Source: Roseiarcus sp.
Lineage (GTDB): Bacteria > Pseudomonadota > Alphaproteobacteria > Rhizobiales > Beijerinckiaceae
DNA: 64,000 nt
Assembly: GCA_052147395.1 (NCBI GenBank)
Contig: JBKQKS010000082.1
Coordinates: forward strand, 640 to 64,639
Direction of reading: 5' to 3'
Positions 6,913 to 16,834 of this stretch are shown in pieces. Made by a program: the position numbers and the translations under genes. Under the pieces are notes generated by a model. It did no database searches. It worked only from the letters and a program-made list of their open reading frames with translations, and had not been told where the DNA came from. Every line of letters begins with the position of its first letter. Within the stretch, counting starts at the first letter, position 1.

Positions 6913-9748
6913 AGCCATGACCCACGCGGCCGCCGGCCGCGACGATCTCCAGCGCTACCGGCAGGTGAGCGCGTCGCTGGAGGCGACACAGGACGAGGTC
7001 GAGCATCTCGAGCACACCGAAGCGTTCGAAGTGTTCGAGAAACAGCTCAGCCTGCTGCGCAAGCGCCTGTTGAACAGCCCGCAATCGCTCAGGCAGGTGT
7101 TCATCGACGACGGCATGCAGGCGATCATCTGGGAGTTCAAGCGCGACGAGATCAGCGCGCCGTTCGTCAAGACGCTGTGGAACCTACTGCTGCGCGACGA
7201 CGACATGAGCGCGATCCTGTTGCGCTTCGTCTGGAACGTGCCGCTGAAGTTCAAACGCAAGTTCATCGTCGCGATCGACGCGCATCTGTCGGACCGCTAC
7301 CCGATGTTCAAGGACCTGTCGAAAGGCTGGCCCGGACAGAACGGCATTCCGCCCTATGTGCGCACGCCCGAGGAGCGCGCGCGCGACTTCGGCCTCGTCA
7401 ACCAGGGCTATATCGGCTACACGAACCTCGGCTATAGCGCCCGCGAGGTCGACCTGTTCGTGTGGCTGGAGACGCTGCGCGACAAACAATGCGAGGATCG
7501 CGCCTGCGAACTCGGCGTGCTCAAGCCCGGCGCCGACAAGCTCAAGGGCGGCTGCCCGGTCAAGATCCATATCCCCGAGATGATCGCGCTGCTGGGAAAC
7601 GGCAAGTTCCACCAGGCGCTGGAGCTCATCGAATCGTGCAACCCGCTGCCGGACGTGACCGGCCGAGTCTGCCCGCAGGAGCATCAGTGCCAGGGCGTGT
7701 GCACCTGGACCGGCCGGCCGCTCGAGATCGGTCAGCTCGAATGGTTCCTGCCCGAGCGGGAAAAGATCAGCAATCCGCTGCGGGTCGCCGAACGTTGGAA
7801 GAACTACGTCAGCCCCTGGGCGAAGGCGGAAAAGCCGCCGATCGCGGTCGTCGGCTCCGGCCCCGCCGGCCTCATCAACGCCTATCTACTCGCCGCCGAG
7901 GGTTTTCCGGTCACTATCTTCGAAGCCTTCCATGAACTGGGCGGCGTGCTGCGCTACGGCATCCCGGAATTCCGGCTGCCCAACGCGCTGATCGACGACG
8001 TGGTGGCGAAGATCCGCTTGCTCGGCGGCCGTTTCGTCACCAATTTCGTGGTCGGGAAGACGGCGACTCTCGAGGACCTCAAACACGCGGGCTTCTGGAA
8101 GATCTTCGTCGGCACCGGCGCCGGCTTGCCGCGCTTCATGAACATTCCCGGCGAGCATCTGCTCGGCGTGATGTCGGCCAACGAGTTCCTGACCCGCATC
8201 AACCTCATGCAGGCGCGGCTCGAAGACTACGACACGCCGCTGCCCGAAGTGAAGGACAAGCGGGTCGTGGTGATCGGCGGCGGCAACACCGCCATGGATG
8301 CCGCGCGCACCGCCAAGCGGCTCGGCGGCATCGTCACCATCGTCTACCGCCGCACCCGCGCCGAGATGCCGGCCCGCGTCGAAGAGCTGCACCATGCGCT
8401 CGAGGAAGGAGTCGAGCTGCAGGTGCTGAGGTCGCCGAGCGAGTTCAAGAGCGATCGCTCGCCGTCGGTCTGCCACGCCGTGCTCGACGTGATGGAGCTT
8501 GGGCCGCCCGACGCCTCGCGCCGCCGCTCGCCCGTCCCCACCGGGCAGACGGAAACCGTGCCGGTCGATCTCGTCATCATGGCGCTCGGCAACGCCTCGA
8601 ATCCAATCATCAAGGATTCGGAGCCGAGCCTGCAGACGTCGAAATGGGGCACCATCAACGTCCATTCCGGTTCGCAGCAGACCTCGCTCGAGGGCGTCTA
8701 TTCCGGCGGCGACGCGACGCGCGGCGGCTCGACCGCCGTGAACGCGGCCGGCGACGGGCAAGCGGCGGCGCGCGAGATCCTGGGCTCGATCGACCTCAGT
8801 TCGGCCGAGATCGCCGACCAGGTCGAACGCGCCGGGCACTACACGGACCTCGCGGCCACGCCGCAGACGATCCGGAAGAAGATCGATCTCTCCGCGGGCA
8901 TCGTCGCATTGACTGTGAGGTCGCCGCTGATCGCCAAGGCGGCGCATGCCGGGCAGTTCGTGCGCGTGCTGCCGACGCCGAAGGGCGAGTTGATCCCGCT
9001 GACGCTGGCCGATTGGGACGCCAAGGCCGGCACTATCGACCTCGTCATCCAGGCGGTCGGCGCGAGCACCATCGGCATCAACGCCATGCAGGTCGGCGAG
9101 GCGTTGAGCGGCATCGCCGGGCCGCTCGGGCAGCCGAGCCATCTGCATCGCTACGAAGGCGATCAGACGGTGGTGTTCTGCGCCGGCGGCCTGGGCCTGC
9201 CTCCCGTCTATCCGATCGCGCGCGCTCATCTCGAGCTCGGCAATCACGTGACGCTGATCGCCGGCTTCCGCACCGCCAGCCTGCAGTTCTGGACCGGCGA
9301 AGGGGAGCGGGTCGACAAGCTGCAGAAGAAGTTCGGCGACCGCCTGCGCGTCATCTACACGAGCAACGACGGCTCGTTCGGCATCAAGGGCTTCGTCACC
9401 ACCCCGCTGGAGCAACTACTGAAAGAAAACAAGGAGGGCAAGGGTCTCAAAATCGCGGAGGTGATCGCCATCGGCCCGCCGCTGATGATGCGCGCGATCA
9501 GCGATCTCACCAAGCCCTACGGCGTGCCGACGGTCGCCAGCCTCAATTCGATCATGGTCGACGCGACGGGCATGTGCGGCGCCTGCATGGTGCCGGTGGA
9601 GATCGACGGCAAGCCGGTGCGCAAGCACGCCTGCATTGACGGCCCCGAGATCGACGCGCACATCATCGACTGGGACAAGTTCCTGCCGCGCTTCCAGCAA
9701 TTCAAGGCGCAGGAGAAGTGGACCCTCGCTCGGCACGGCTTGGCGTGA
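6902..9748 (+). CDS. fused NfnB/GltD-like (2x[4Fe-4S] + FAD/NAD(P)H) and NfnA/PyrK-like (FAD + [2Fe-2S]) oxidoreductase with an extra N-terminal domain of about 190 aa and unknown function
   Basis: GltD-like 'CPVKIHIPEMIALLGNGKFHQALELIESCNPLPDVTGRVCPQEHQCQGVC'. Rossmann motifs 'VVGSGPAGL' and 'VVIGGGNTAMDAART'. PyrK-like C-terminus 'GQFVRVLP...', 'VVFCAGGLGLPP' and 'GMCGACMVPVEIDGKPVRKHACIDGPE'. The ATG at 6902 overlaps the PFOR stop (ATGCCAGCTGA). Confidence 0.85.
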   Translation: MPAEAMTHAAAGRDDLQRYRQVSASLEATQDEVEHLEHTEAFEVFEKQLSLLRKRLLNSPQSLRQVFIDDGMQAIIWEFKRDEISAPFVKTLWNLLLRDDDMSAILLRFVWNVPLKFKRKFIVAIDAHLSDRYPMFKDLSKGWPGQNGIPPYVRTPEERARDFGLVNQGYIGYTNLGYSAREVDLFVWLETLRDKQCEDRACELGVLKPGADKLKGGCPVKIHIPEMIALLGNGKFHQALELIESCNPLPDVTGRVCPQEHQCQGVCTWTGRPLEIGQLEWFLPEREKISNPLRVAERWKNYVSPWAKAEKPPIAVVGSGPAGLINAYLLAAEGFPVTIFEAFHELGGVLRYGIPEFRLPNALIDDVVAKIRLLGGRFVTNFVVGKTATLEDLKHAGFWKIFVGTGAGLPRFMNIPGEHLLGVMSANEFLTRINLMQARLEDYDTPLPEVKDKRVVVIGGGNTAMDAARTAKRLGGIVTIVYRRTRAEMPARVEELHHALEEGVELQVLRSPSEFKSDRSPSVCHAVLDVMELGPPDASRRRSPVPTGQTETVPVDLVIMALGNASNPIIKDSEPSLQTSKWGTINVHSGSQQTSLEGVYSGGDATRGGSTAVNAAGDGQAAAREILGSIDLSSAEIADQVERAGHYTDLAATPQTIRKKIDLSAGIVALTVRSPLIAKAAHAGQFVRVLPTPKGELIPLTLADWDAKAGTIDLVIQAVGASTIGINAMQVGEALSGIAGPLGQPSHLHRYEGDQTVVFCAGGLGLPPVYPIARAHLELGNHVTLIAGFRTASLQFWTGEGERVDKLQKKFGDRLRVIYTSNDGSFGIKGFVTTPLEQLLKENKEGKGLKIAEVIAIGPPLMMRAISDLTKPYGVPTVASLNSIMVDATGMCGACMVPVEIDGKPVRKHACIDGPEIDAHIIDWDKFLPRFQQFKAQEKWTLARHGLA

Positions 9749-9827
9749 GCACGGCGCGTCGGCGGACATTCGTTGCTATGCTAACTAGCCGCGACCGCCG
9801 CGCTCGTGGGGGGCGAGCGGCGCGTAT

Positions 9828-11141
9828 TTAGACGAAGACGGGCTGCGCAACCATGCCCGCGACGCCGAAGATGCCTCGGTAGCGCTCGATTTCCTCCGGC
9901 ATGCCCAGCACTTTGTTGGGATTGTCGGAGAGCTTCACGGCGGGCCGGCCCTCGACGTCGACGACCTTGCAGACCAGCGAGATCGCCTTCAGCTGTCCGT
10001 CGACGCCCGCGGGCGCGCAGCCGGAGAAATCGTTGGTGAGGTTGGTTCCCCAACCGATGGAGAGATTGATCTGCCCGCGCAACGCGCCCACGGCCTGTTC
10101 GATCTTTTCGATATCCATGGCGTCCGAGAGCACGACGAGTTTTTCGCGCGGGTCACGGCCGCGTCTCGCCCACCACGCTATGAGCTCGCGAGCCGCATCG
10201 ACGGGGACCTTGGAATCGGGCCTGGCGCCTTTCCAGTCCGCCACCCAGTCCGGCGCGTTCTCCAGGAACGAGGTGGTGCCGAAGCAGTCGGGCAGGACGA
10301 CGAGCAGATTGCCGCCATACATGCGCGCCCAATCGCGCAACACTTCATAGGGCGAGCCCCGCAACGCGACGTCCGTCGGCGCCAGCGCGGCATAGGCCAT
10401 TGGCAATTCATGCGCATTGGTGCCAATGGCTTCCAGGCCAGTTTCCATCGCGTGCTTGACGTTGGACGTGCCGATGAAGTTTTCGCCGAGCCCCTCTTGC
10501 AGGGCCTCGACGCACCAGCGCTGCCACAAGAAGCCATGACGGCGCCGCGTGCCGAAGTCGGAGATTTTGAGCGGCCCTTGCTCGGCGAGCGCCCTGAGCC
10601 GCTCGACCTTGCTCCACAGCTTGGCCTTTGCTCGGGCATAGAGCACGTCGAGGTCGAAACGGCTCATGGAGCGCATGGCGGCGCGGGCGCGCAATTCATT
10701 GATGATGGCGAGCGCCGGGATTTCCCACATCGTCGTTTCGACCCACTCGCCTTCGAAGCGCAGCTCGTATTGGCCGTCGACCTTGGTCAGCTCGTAGGGC
10801 GGCAGGTGGAAGCCGGCGAGCCATTCCATGAAATCCGCCTGGAAAATCTGCTTCGTGCCGTAGAAAGTATTGCCCGCGAGCCAGATCAGCTCGTTCTTGG
10901 CAAAGCGCAAGGTGCGCGCATGGTCGAGCTGGTCGATCAGTTCCCGCTCCTCGACGATCTCTGCGAGCCTGACCTCGGTCGAGCGGTTGATGAGCTGGAA
11001 GGTGACCCTCCGATGTCTATGCAGCTTCCAAATCATTTGTAGCATCAATAATTTATAGAAGTCCGTGTCGAGCAGGGTCCTCAACACTGGGTCGATCCGG
11101 AACGTATGGTTGTAGACACGGGTGGCGAGATCGGGGAGCAT
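9828..11141 (-). CDS. pncB: nicotinate phosphoribosyltransferase
   Basis: N-terminus '[33 protein letters not shown]' is characteristic of PncB. Length is 437 aa. Confidence 0.9.
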   Translation of the reverse strand: MLPDLATRVYNHTFRIDPVLRTLLDTDFYKLLMLQMIWKLHRHRRVTFQLINRSTEVRLAEIVEERELIDQLDHARTLRFAKNELIWLAGNTFYGTKQIFQADFMEWLAGFHLPPYELTKVDGQYELRFEGEWVETTMWEIPALAIINELRARAAMRSMSRFDLDVLYARAKAKLWSKVERLRALAEQGPLKISDFGTRRRHGFLWQRWCVEALQEGLGENFIGTSNVKHAMETGLEAIGTNAHELPMAYAALAPTDVALRGSPYEVLRDWARMYGGNLLVVLPDCFGTTSFLENAPDWVADWKGARPDSKVPVDAARELIAWWARRGRDPREKLVVLSDAMDIEKIEQAVGALRGQINLSIGWGTNLTNDFSGCAPAGVDGQLKAISLVCKVVDVEGRPAVKLSDNPNKVLGMPEEIERYRGIFGVAGMVAQPVFV

Positions 11142-11217
11142 GATTCGAGGATAAGTCTTCGCGTCCCGGCGAACAAGCGCACGTTATCCGATCCGCCGCG
11201 CTGTTCATCGACCCGAT

Positions 11218-13494
11218 TCAGTCGAGGCTGTCGCCGGCGACCAGTTCGAGGCCGTAAAGGAAAAGCCCGAGCGCGCGCGGATCGCCCAAGGGCTCGAAAT
11301 CGGCCAGACGGGTCAACCGACGAACGGTGAGCGTGAGCGTGATGAGCTCGACGTCGATTTTCGGCAGCAAGACTTCGAATTGGAAACGCTGGCCGTCGTC
11401 TATCGGGACATAACCGATGTCCTCGCCATTTACGGCGAGCGTCACGCCCTGGTCCGCGCCATCGGGCGGCGGCAAGCCGCGGACGTCGAGCCTCAAGGTC
11501 GAGGTCTGGCCCGCCCGCCCGTCGGTGCGGAAACGAATCCGGGCCGCCGTTGCGCGCGTCCACGCGCCTTCGGGCTCGAGTTTATCCCAACCGTCGACGA
11601 ACAGAGCGCCGAGTTGCTTCCCAAGCATGGCGTCGCCGATGCCGACGAGCGGCCAGTTCGTCGGATCCCTGGAAAGGATTTCGTCCAGCCCGGCCGGAAG
11701 CGCCACGAGCCATTCCATCAATCCTCGCGGCGCCGATCGGGCCGCGAACTCCGGCGATTGCACGAAAGTCCTGACGATGTTCGTCGGGCCGCCGCGAGCG
11801 AGCAGATCGACATAAGTCTCGATCTCGCCTTCGTATGGCGCGCGCCCCAGAACACAGAGATACATCAACGTCGCAAACGCGGGGGGGTCGCACAGACTGA
11901 CGATGCACAGTGCGTCGACATCCAGGCTGAAATCGAACTCGCTGAACAACGCCGGGCGGTTCGTCTCGGCCAACCGAACCATGAACGCCAGCCTCGAGAC
12001 CAGGAAGGGCCTCTTGTCGGCCGGCATGCTCGAAAGAAGGCTGGCGAGCAACTCCAGAGACTCCCTCGAGACCGATCTGCAGAATACTACGAGGGAAAGA
12101 TGAGCGGCGATCGCGTCGGCGTCGAGTTGCGCCAGCGCCTGATAGATCGGTCGATCCCGAGGCTGAAAGATGTCCGGCGCCCTGGGCGCTGCGCGATCGA
12201 AAGTGTCGAGCGTCACATCCAGCCAGGCGAAGGCATGGGGGTCGTCGCGGCGGACTGCTTTCGAATGCGCTTCCGTCGACTGCATTTCCCCGAGGAAGCG
12301 AAGGAATCGCACGGCGTAGTCGTCCGCCCGCCGCGACTGTCCGAATTCGCGCGCCGCTCGGCCGATCGACTCGCGAAGCTCCCGGTCCGCGGTGAGCAAC
12401 TCCATGGCCGCGCGCAGAGCATCGGGCGATGAAAGGTCCGCGATCTTGATTACCGCCCGCTCCGGCAGCTCGCGATAACAGCCGCTGTCGTAAACGATCA
12501 CAGGCGCGCCGCAGGCCATCTGTTCGACCAGCGAGCCCGAAGCGCTCTCCGTATTCGGATAACGCACGTTGACGAATACGTCGGCGGCGGCTTTGATCTC
12601 GAGGAGGCGCAGTTCTGTAACGTTGAAGTCGAATTTGACGATATCTTGCAGGTTATTCTGTTGTACGACTTCCAGGAGCTCGCGAATGTATTCTTCGTCG
12701 CCTGCGCCGCCGGCAATCCTGAGCGTCGCCTGGTCCTGGAGGAGGTCGGATGACAGGAACGCGTCTATGCACAGATGCAAATGTTTGGCTCGGTTGACGT
12801 GACCGATGACGGCAAATCGGACCTTGCCATCGGCCGACGGCAGCAGCGAAACCGGCGTGGGCTTTTTGTCCGATGGTAGAAACAGCTTCAGTTGCGGCGC
12901 GTCGGTCATGGCGCCAACGACGTCGCTCGCGAACTGCGAATGCACGATCACGGCCTTTGCGCGCTCGAGAAACGGCTCGACGAGCGGAAACGAGAAAGCA
13001 TGTTCGGAATCCCACGGCGCATATCTCGTGGCGCGATCCTTGAGCGTGATTCCGGATCTCGCGAGAATGTCGATGCCTTTCGGACCATAGTACTTGCAGA
13101 GAACATCCGCGTATCTGCGCGGCAATTTCAGCGACTCGAATAGCCGCCACGCGAGAAAATGCTGCATGACGATATCGTGTACGACGACGATACCGCGGGT
13201 CGTGAGCGCAATATCGTTGATTATCGCGTGATTTTCTTGATTGTTGCCGATGTTGAGCACGAGGGCGTCGTACAGCGCGAGTTCCCGCCGATCGAAATAG
13301 GGCCCCATGACGATGCGCGGGGCGTCGGTGCGATAGGTCGCGCCGTTGCGGTTGACGAACACGACGAGTTCGCAATCGTATTCCTCGGCGCGCCTATGGA
13401 GGGCGCGCACGATCGCCAGCGAATGCGCCCCGACGTCCGATCGCGGACCGAGAGGGGAAAGCCAGGCGATTCTCATGCGAGTCTTTTTCGACAT
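11218..13494 (-). CDS. glycosyltransferase (GT-B/GT4-like N-terminal half) with a long C-terminal extension containing a DUF4214-like segment
   Basis: 758 aa. GT1/GT4-type C-terminal lobe 'ESASGSLVEQMACGAPVIVYDSG'. DUF4214-like 'LMYLCVLGRAPYEGEIETYVDLLARGG...FVQSPEF'. Confidence 0.75.
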   Translation of the reverse strand: MSKKTRMRIAWLSPLGPRSDVGAHSLAIVRALHRRAEEYDCELVVFVNRNGATYRTDAPRIVMGPYFDRRELALYDALVLNIGNNQENHAIINDIALTTRGIVVVHDIVMQHFLAWRLFESLKLPRRYADVLCKYYGPKGIDILARSGITLKDRATRYAPWDSEHAFSFPLVEPFLERAKAVIVHSQFASDVVGAMTDAPQLKLFLPSDKKPTPVSLLPSADGKVRFAVIGHVNRAKHLHLCIDAFLSSDLLQDQATLRIAGGAGDEEYIRELLEVVQQNNLQDIVKFDFNVTELRLLEIKAAADVFVNVRYPNTESASGSLVEQMACGAPVIVYDSGCYRELPERAVIKIADLSSPDALRAAMELLTADRELRESIGRAAREFGQSRRADDYAVRFLRFLGEMQSTEAHSKAVRRDDPHAFAWLDVTLDTFDRAAPRAPDIFQPRDRPIYQALAQLDADAIAAHLSLVVFCRSVSRESLELLASLLSSMPADKRPFLVSRLAFMVRLAETNRPALFSEFDFSLDVDALCIVSLCDPPAFATLMYLCVLGRAPYEGEIETYVDLLARGGPTNIVRTFVQSPEFAARSAPRGLMEWLVALPAGLDEILSRDPTNWPLVGIGDAMLGKQLGALFVDGWDKLEPEGAWTRATAARIRFRTDGRAGQTSTLRLDVRGLPPPDGADQGVTLAVNGEDIGYVPIDDGQRFQFEVLLPKIDVELITLTLTVRRLTRLADFEPLGDPRALGLFLYGLELVAGDSLD

Positions 13495-13525
13495 TCGAAT
13501 GGGGGTCTCGGCGTTCGCATAGGAC

Positions 13526-14482
13526 TCAGGGTTCGACGAGATAGTTTTCTACGAAGTTCGTCGGCAGCAGCGAATTCTGAATCTGCTCATGGAAAATCGC
13601 CACTTCGCGAAGCCCATTGCGCGTGAGGCTCTGCGCCCAAGTGCGGTCCTTCAACACCGCCCGCGCCGTTTCTGCGAAGGTCGTGATATCGGACACCCAG
13701 ACGATATTGACGTCGTGGATGTAATTCGGCCGGCGCCATTGCAGGCTCACATCCGCATCGTAGCGTGAGCCAGTATGATCGAATACGACACAGGGAACTC
13801 GCATATTCATGCTGTCGACCAGCCTGCCAACCGATATGGCGTCCGGGGGCGCCCCGATGTGGACATGCGCCGCCGCATGAGATGGGTTCGCTTCTAGCCA
13901 TTCCGATTGCGCGATCGGTCGCCGCAGGGTGTTGGCGACTTCGATGACCTCGAATTCGGGCGCCGCGGCGGAGATCGCTTGCCGTATCTCTGGCCCGGCG
14001 CTCTTGGCGACGGCCGCGTCGTTGCAGATCAGGATCACTCGCCGCGCTGTGGAGAGACTTGCGGCGCGGTGCGGCGTCAATGGCGCCGGGAGCAGCGGAA
14101 TATCTCGATTGAACGCGGTCCGGAAGAAGGCCCAGGGACGCAGGTCGACGGCGCCGACACGTTCGAGGCAGGCGATGCGATCGAGTTCCCCGCCTCGCCA
14201 GGGAAGCGCGGTCATGTCAGTTGCGCTGTCCAACAGGAAGAGCGCATTGCACAACACGGGATGGCCGGCGAATTCCAGATCCAGCGAGATCGCGTCGAAA
14301 GGCGACAGATCGTCCTTCAATCTGAGGATCGTCGAGGGGGGAGGCGCGTCGTCCCGCGCATCGGCGCTGAAGAAGCCGACCGTAGACTTGGAGCGCCGAT
14401 AAGCATCTTCCAGCCCTCGAAGCGTGCACTGGTGACCACGCCGCGTCGAATCATGAAAAAAACCGATGTAGAGACTGTCCAT
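13526..14482 (-). CDS. hypothetical protein, co-oriented with the glycosyltransferase (31-nt gap)
   Basis: 318-aa ORF with non-shadow amino-acid composition. I recognise no motif. Confidence 0.5.
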   Translation of the reverse strand: MDSLYIGFFHDSTRRGHQCTLRGLEDAYRRSKSTVGFFSADARDDAPPPSTILRLKDDLSPFDAISLDLEFAGHPVLCNALFLLDSATDMTALPWRGGELDRIACLERVGAVDLRPWAFFRTAFNRDIPLLPAPLTPHRAASLSTARRVILICNDAAVAKSAGPEIRQAISAAAPEFEVIEVANTLRRPIAQSEWLEANPSHAAAHVHIGAPPDAISVGRLVDSMNMRVPCVVFDHTGSRYDADVSLQWRRPNYIHDVNIVWVSDITTFAETARAVLKDRTWAQSLTRNGLREVAIFHEQIQNSLLPTNFVENYLVEP

Positions 14483-14653
14483 GGAGCCTGTGTCGTGGCG
14501 CGGCGAAAAGCCGGAATTCGGCGCGACATTAATGACAAATCGTCTCTTTCGAAAGGGCTCGAATGAGTCCCGGCTCTTGCCGCTGACGCCGCCGAAGGCA
14601 GTCGACAGTGGCGCGTCGGGCGCCTATGAGCGTTCGTCGAGGAGGCCAAGAGC

Positions 14654-15301
14654 ATGATCATCGCCATCGATGGACCGGCCGCTTCCGGGAAAGGGACCCT
14701 CGCCCGTCGATTAGCCGAGCATTATCGGCTGCCGCACCTCGACACCGGTCTCTTGTATCGCGCGACAGCCGCGAGCCTGGTCCAGAATGGCCACAATCTC
14801 CACGATGTCGATGCGGCGGTCGCGGCGGCGCGCGGCTTGAGCCTCGTCGAGTTCGACGAGTCGGAGCTCCGCGGGCGCGAAATGGGCGAGCTCGCGTCCA
14901 TCGTCGCCGCAATGCCGGAGGTGAGAGCAAATCTGATCCGCCTGCAGAAGGAATTCGCAGGGCGCCCAGGCGGCGCGGTGCTCGACGGGCGCGACATCGG
15001 CACGATAATTTGTCCGAATGCCGATGTGAAAATTTTCGTGACCGCCAGTGCGGCCGTTCGAGCTCAACGGCGCGCCCTCGAGCTCGCCGCTCGCGGCGAA
15101 CGATTCGACTATGGCGAGATCCTGCGGGACATCGTCCGGCGCGACAAGCGCGACGCCGAGCGGGTCGACGCGCCGATGCTGGCCGCGCCGGACGCCGTGC
15201 GGCTCGACACGACGCGCCTCGGCGTCGAGGCGACGTTCGAAGCGGCCCTTGGCATCGTGGACGCGAAGCTCGAGGGCCATGTCGTCGGCGGGCTGGGATA
15301 G
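14654..15301 (+). CDS. cmk: cytidylate kinase
   Basis: '[20 protein letters not shown]...LDTGLLYRA', 215 aa. Confidence 0.95.
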   Translation: MIIAIDGPAASGKGTLARRLAEHYRLPHLDTGLLYRATAASLVQNGHNLHDVDAAVAAARGLSLVEFDESELRGREMGELASIVAAMPEVRANLIRLQKEFAGRPGGAVLDGRDIGTIICPNADVKIFVTASAAVRAQRRALELAARGERFDYGEILRDIVRRDKRDAERVDAPMLAAPDAVRLDTTRLGVEATFEAALGIVDAKLEGHVVGGLG

Positions 15302-15342
15302 AGCAAATTGCGTTCGGGTGGAATCGCCGTTTGTAACCGGGC

Positions 15343-15466
15343 AATTTCCCGGGCGCCCTTGTAGGCGAGGTCGCGGACCTCGCTGCCTCCGCTTCGAAGA
15401 CTCGCGCAGGATGAGGCGCTCACGCGCTTAACCGAGGTCGTCCTTCGACAAGCTCAGGATGAGGGC
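15343..15466 (+). repeat. MITE-like palindromic repeat, copy A (right end truncated)
   Basis: Aligns by eye to 20513..20633: 'atttcccgggcg..cttgta.gcgaggtcgc.gacctcgctgcctcc...accgaggtcgtccttcgacaagctcaggatgaggg'. Confidence 0.85.
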
Positions 15467-15498
15467 GGGAGACGGGGTCGAAGTCGAAGACGCGCGCT

Positions 15499-16623
15499 CT
15501 AGGAATGCGCGCGCCGCTGACGAATCATGAAGTTGTCGAACGAATATTCCGCGACCTGCCACCACAGATATTCGTCGGAGCGAAAGGCGAAGTAGGAGTC
15601 GGCGATCTTCTTGAAGCGTTGATTCTCGGCGCTGAGCTGGGCATAGAGATCGGTCGCCGACTTGTAGCACGCTTCCATTGCGTCCTGCGGGAACAGCCTC
15701 AGCTCGGCGCCGCCGAGCGCGAGACGCTTGAGGGCGGCGGGATTTCCCGCGTCGTATTTCTGCAGAACCGATCGGTCTGCGATGGCTGCCGCCGCGCGCA
15801 CGGCGCTCTGGTAGGATTTGGGCAGCGCGTCGAATTTGTCCCGGGATACGATGAGGTGCAGCTGCATGCCCCCTTTCCACCAGCCTGGGTAGTAGTAATA
15901 GGGCGCAAATTTCGAAATCGGCGGCTTGCCGGGATCCTTGCTGTCGCCGAACTTTTCGTCATCGTAGGGTCCAACCCATTCGAAGGCGTCGAGCGCGCCG
16001 CTTTGCAGTGAGCTCAGGATCGCGTCCTTCGCCAGCATGACCGGCTCGGCGCCGAGCGTCTGCAGCACTTTGCCGGCAAATCCGCCGATCCGCACCTTGA
16101 GCCCGGCGAAATCCTGCGGGCCGTGAATCTCCTTGCGAAACCAGCCCGCCATCTGCCCGCCAGTGTTGCCAGCCGCGAGCGCGAACGCCTTTCGTTCCGC
16201 GAGGAATTCGTCGATGAGCTCGCCGCCGCCGCCCTCGGCGAGCCAGGCCGAGTGCTGGCGGGCGTTCATGCCGAAAGGCGCCGACGAAGCGAAAATGTAG
16301 CTCGGGTCCTTGTTCCAATGATAGGACAGCGCGGTATGCGCGATCTCGGCGCGGCCATCGCCGATGGCGTCCAGCGCATCGAGCGCCGACGCGATTTCCC
16401 CCGCGGGCGCGACACGGACCTTGAACCGGCCGTCGGTGAGATCCAAAAGCGCTTTGGCGAAGGTTTCCGCTCCGCCATAGATCAAATCGAGCGTCGGCAC
16501 GAAGCTCGACGTGAGGCGCCATTCGACTTCTGGCGCACCCTGCGCGATCGCCGGCGCAGCGATCGTCACCCCGGCGGCGGCGAGCCCCAACGCTTGCAGG
16601 AAATCTCGGCGTCCCGCAGCCAT
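15499..16623 (-). CDS. TRAP-transporter solute-binding protein (DctP family) with Tat signal; no DctQ/DctM genes are adjacent
   Basis: 'MAAGRRDFLQALGLAAAG' twin-arginine signal. DctP-like body. 374 aa. Confidence 0.8.
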   Translation of the reverse strand: MAAGRRDFLQALGLAAAGVTIAAPAIAQGAPEVEWRLTSSFVPTLDLIYGGAETFAKALLDLTDGRFKVRVAPAGEIASALDALDAIGDGRAEIAHTALSYHWNKDPSYIFASSAPFGMNARQHSAWLAEGGGGELIDEFLAERKAFALAAGNTGGQMAGWFRKEIHGPQDFAGLKVRIGGFAGKVLQTLGAEPVMLAKDAILSSLQSGALDAFEWVGPYDDEKFGDSKDPGKPPISKFAPYYYYPGWWKGGMQLHLIVSRDKFDALPKSYQSAVRAAAAIADRSVLQKYDAGNPAALKRLALGGAELRLFPQDAMEACYKSATDLYAQLSAENQRFKKIADSYFAFRSDEYLWWQVAEYSFDNFMIRQRRAHS

Positions 16624-16834
16624 GGCCTACCGCTCCTCGTCCCTTCGACGCCGCACAGAGAAAATCCGTTCCTCGGCGCGTCCCGGGGGACGCCGACCGG
16701 CCCTATAGCACAACCCCTCATCGGGCGCCTCGGATTTGAGCGATATCGATCTCCTGCGTGCGATTCGGCGGGCGGCGCCGTATACCCGTGCCCGAGCGGC
16801 GGGAGTCCGCGTTTGTCGAAGGGGGAGGTGGAAC

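Noticed and set aside
9749-9827. Hairpin 'CGCTCGtggggggCGAGCG' between the convergent Nfn-like and pncB genes as a terminator
   Set aside because: The stem is only 6 bp and has no flanking U-tract, which is too weak to call.
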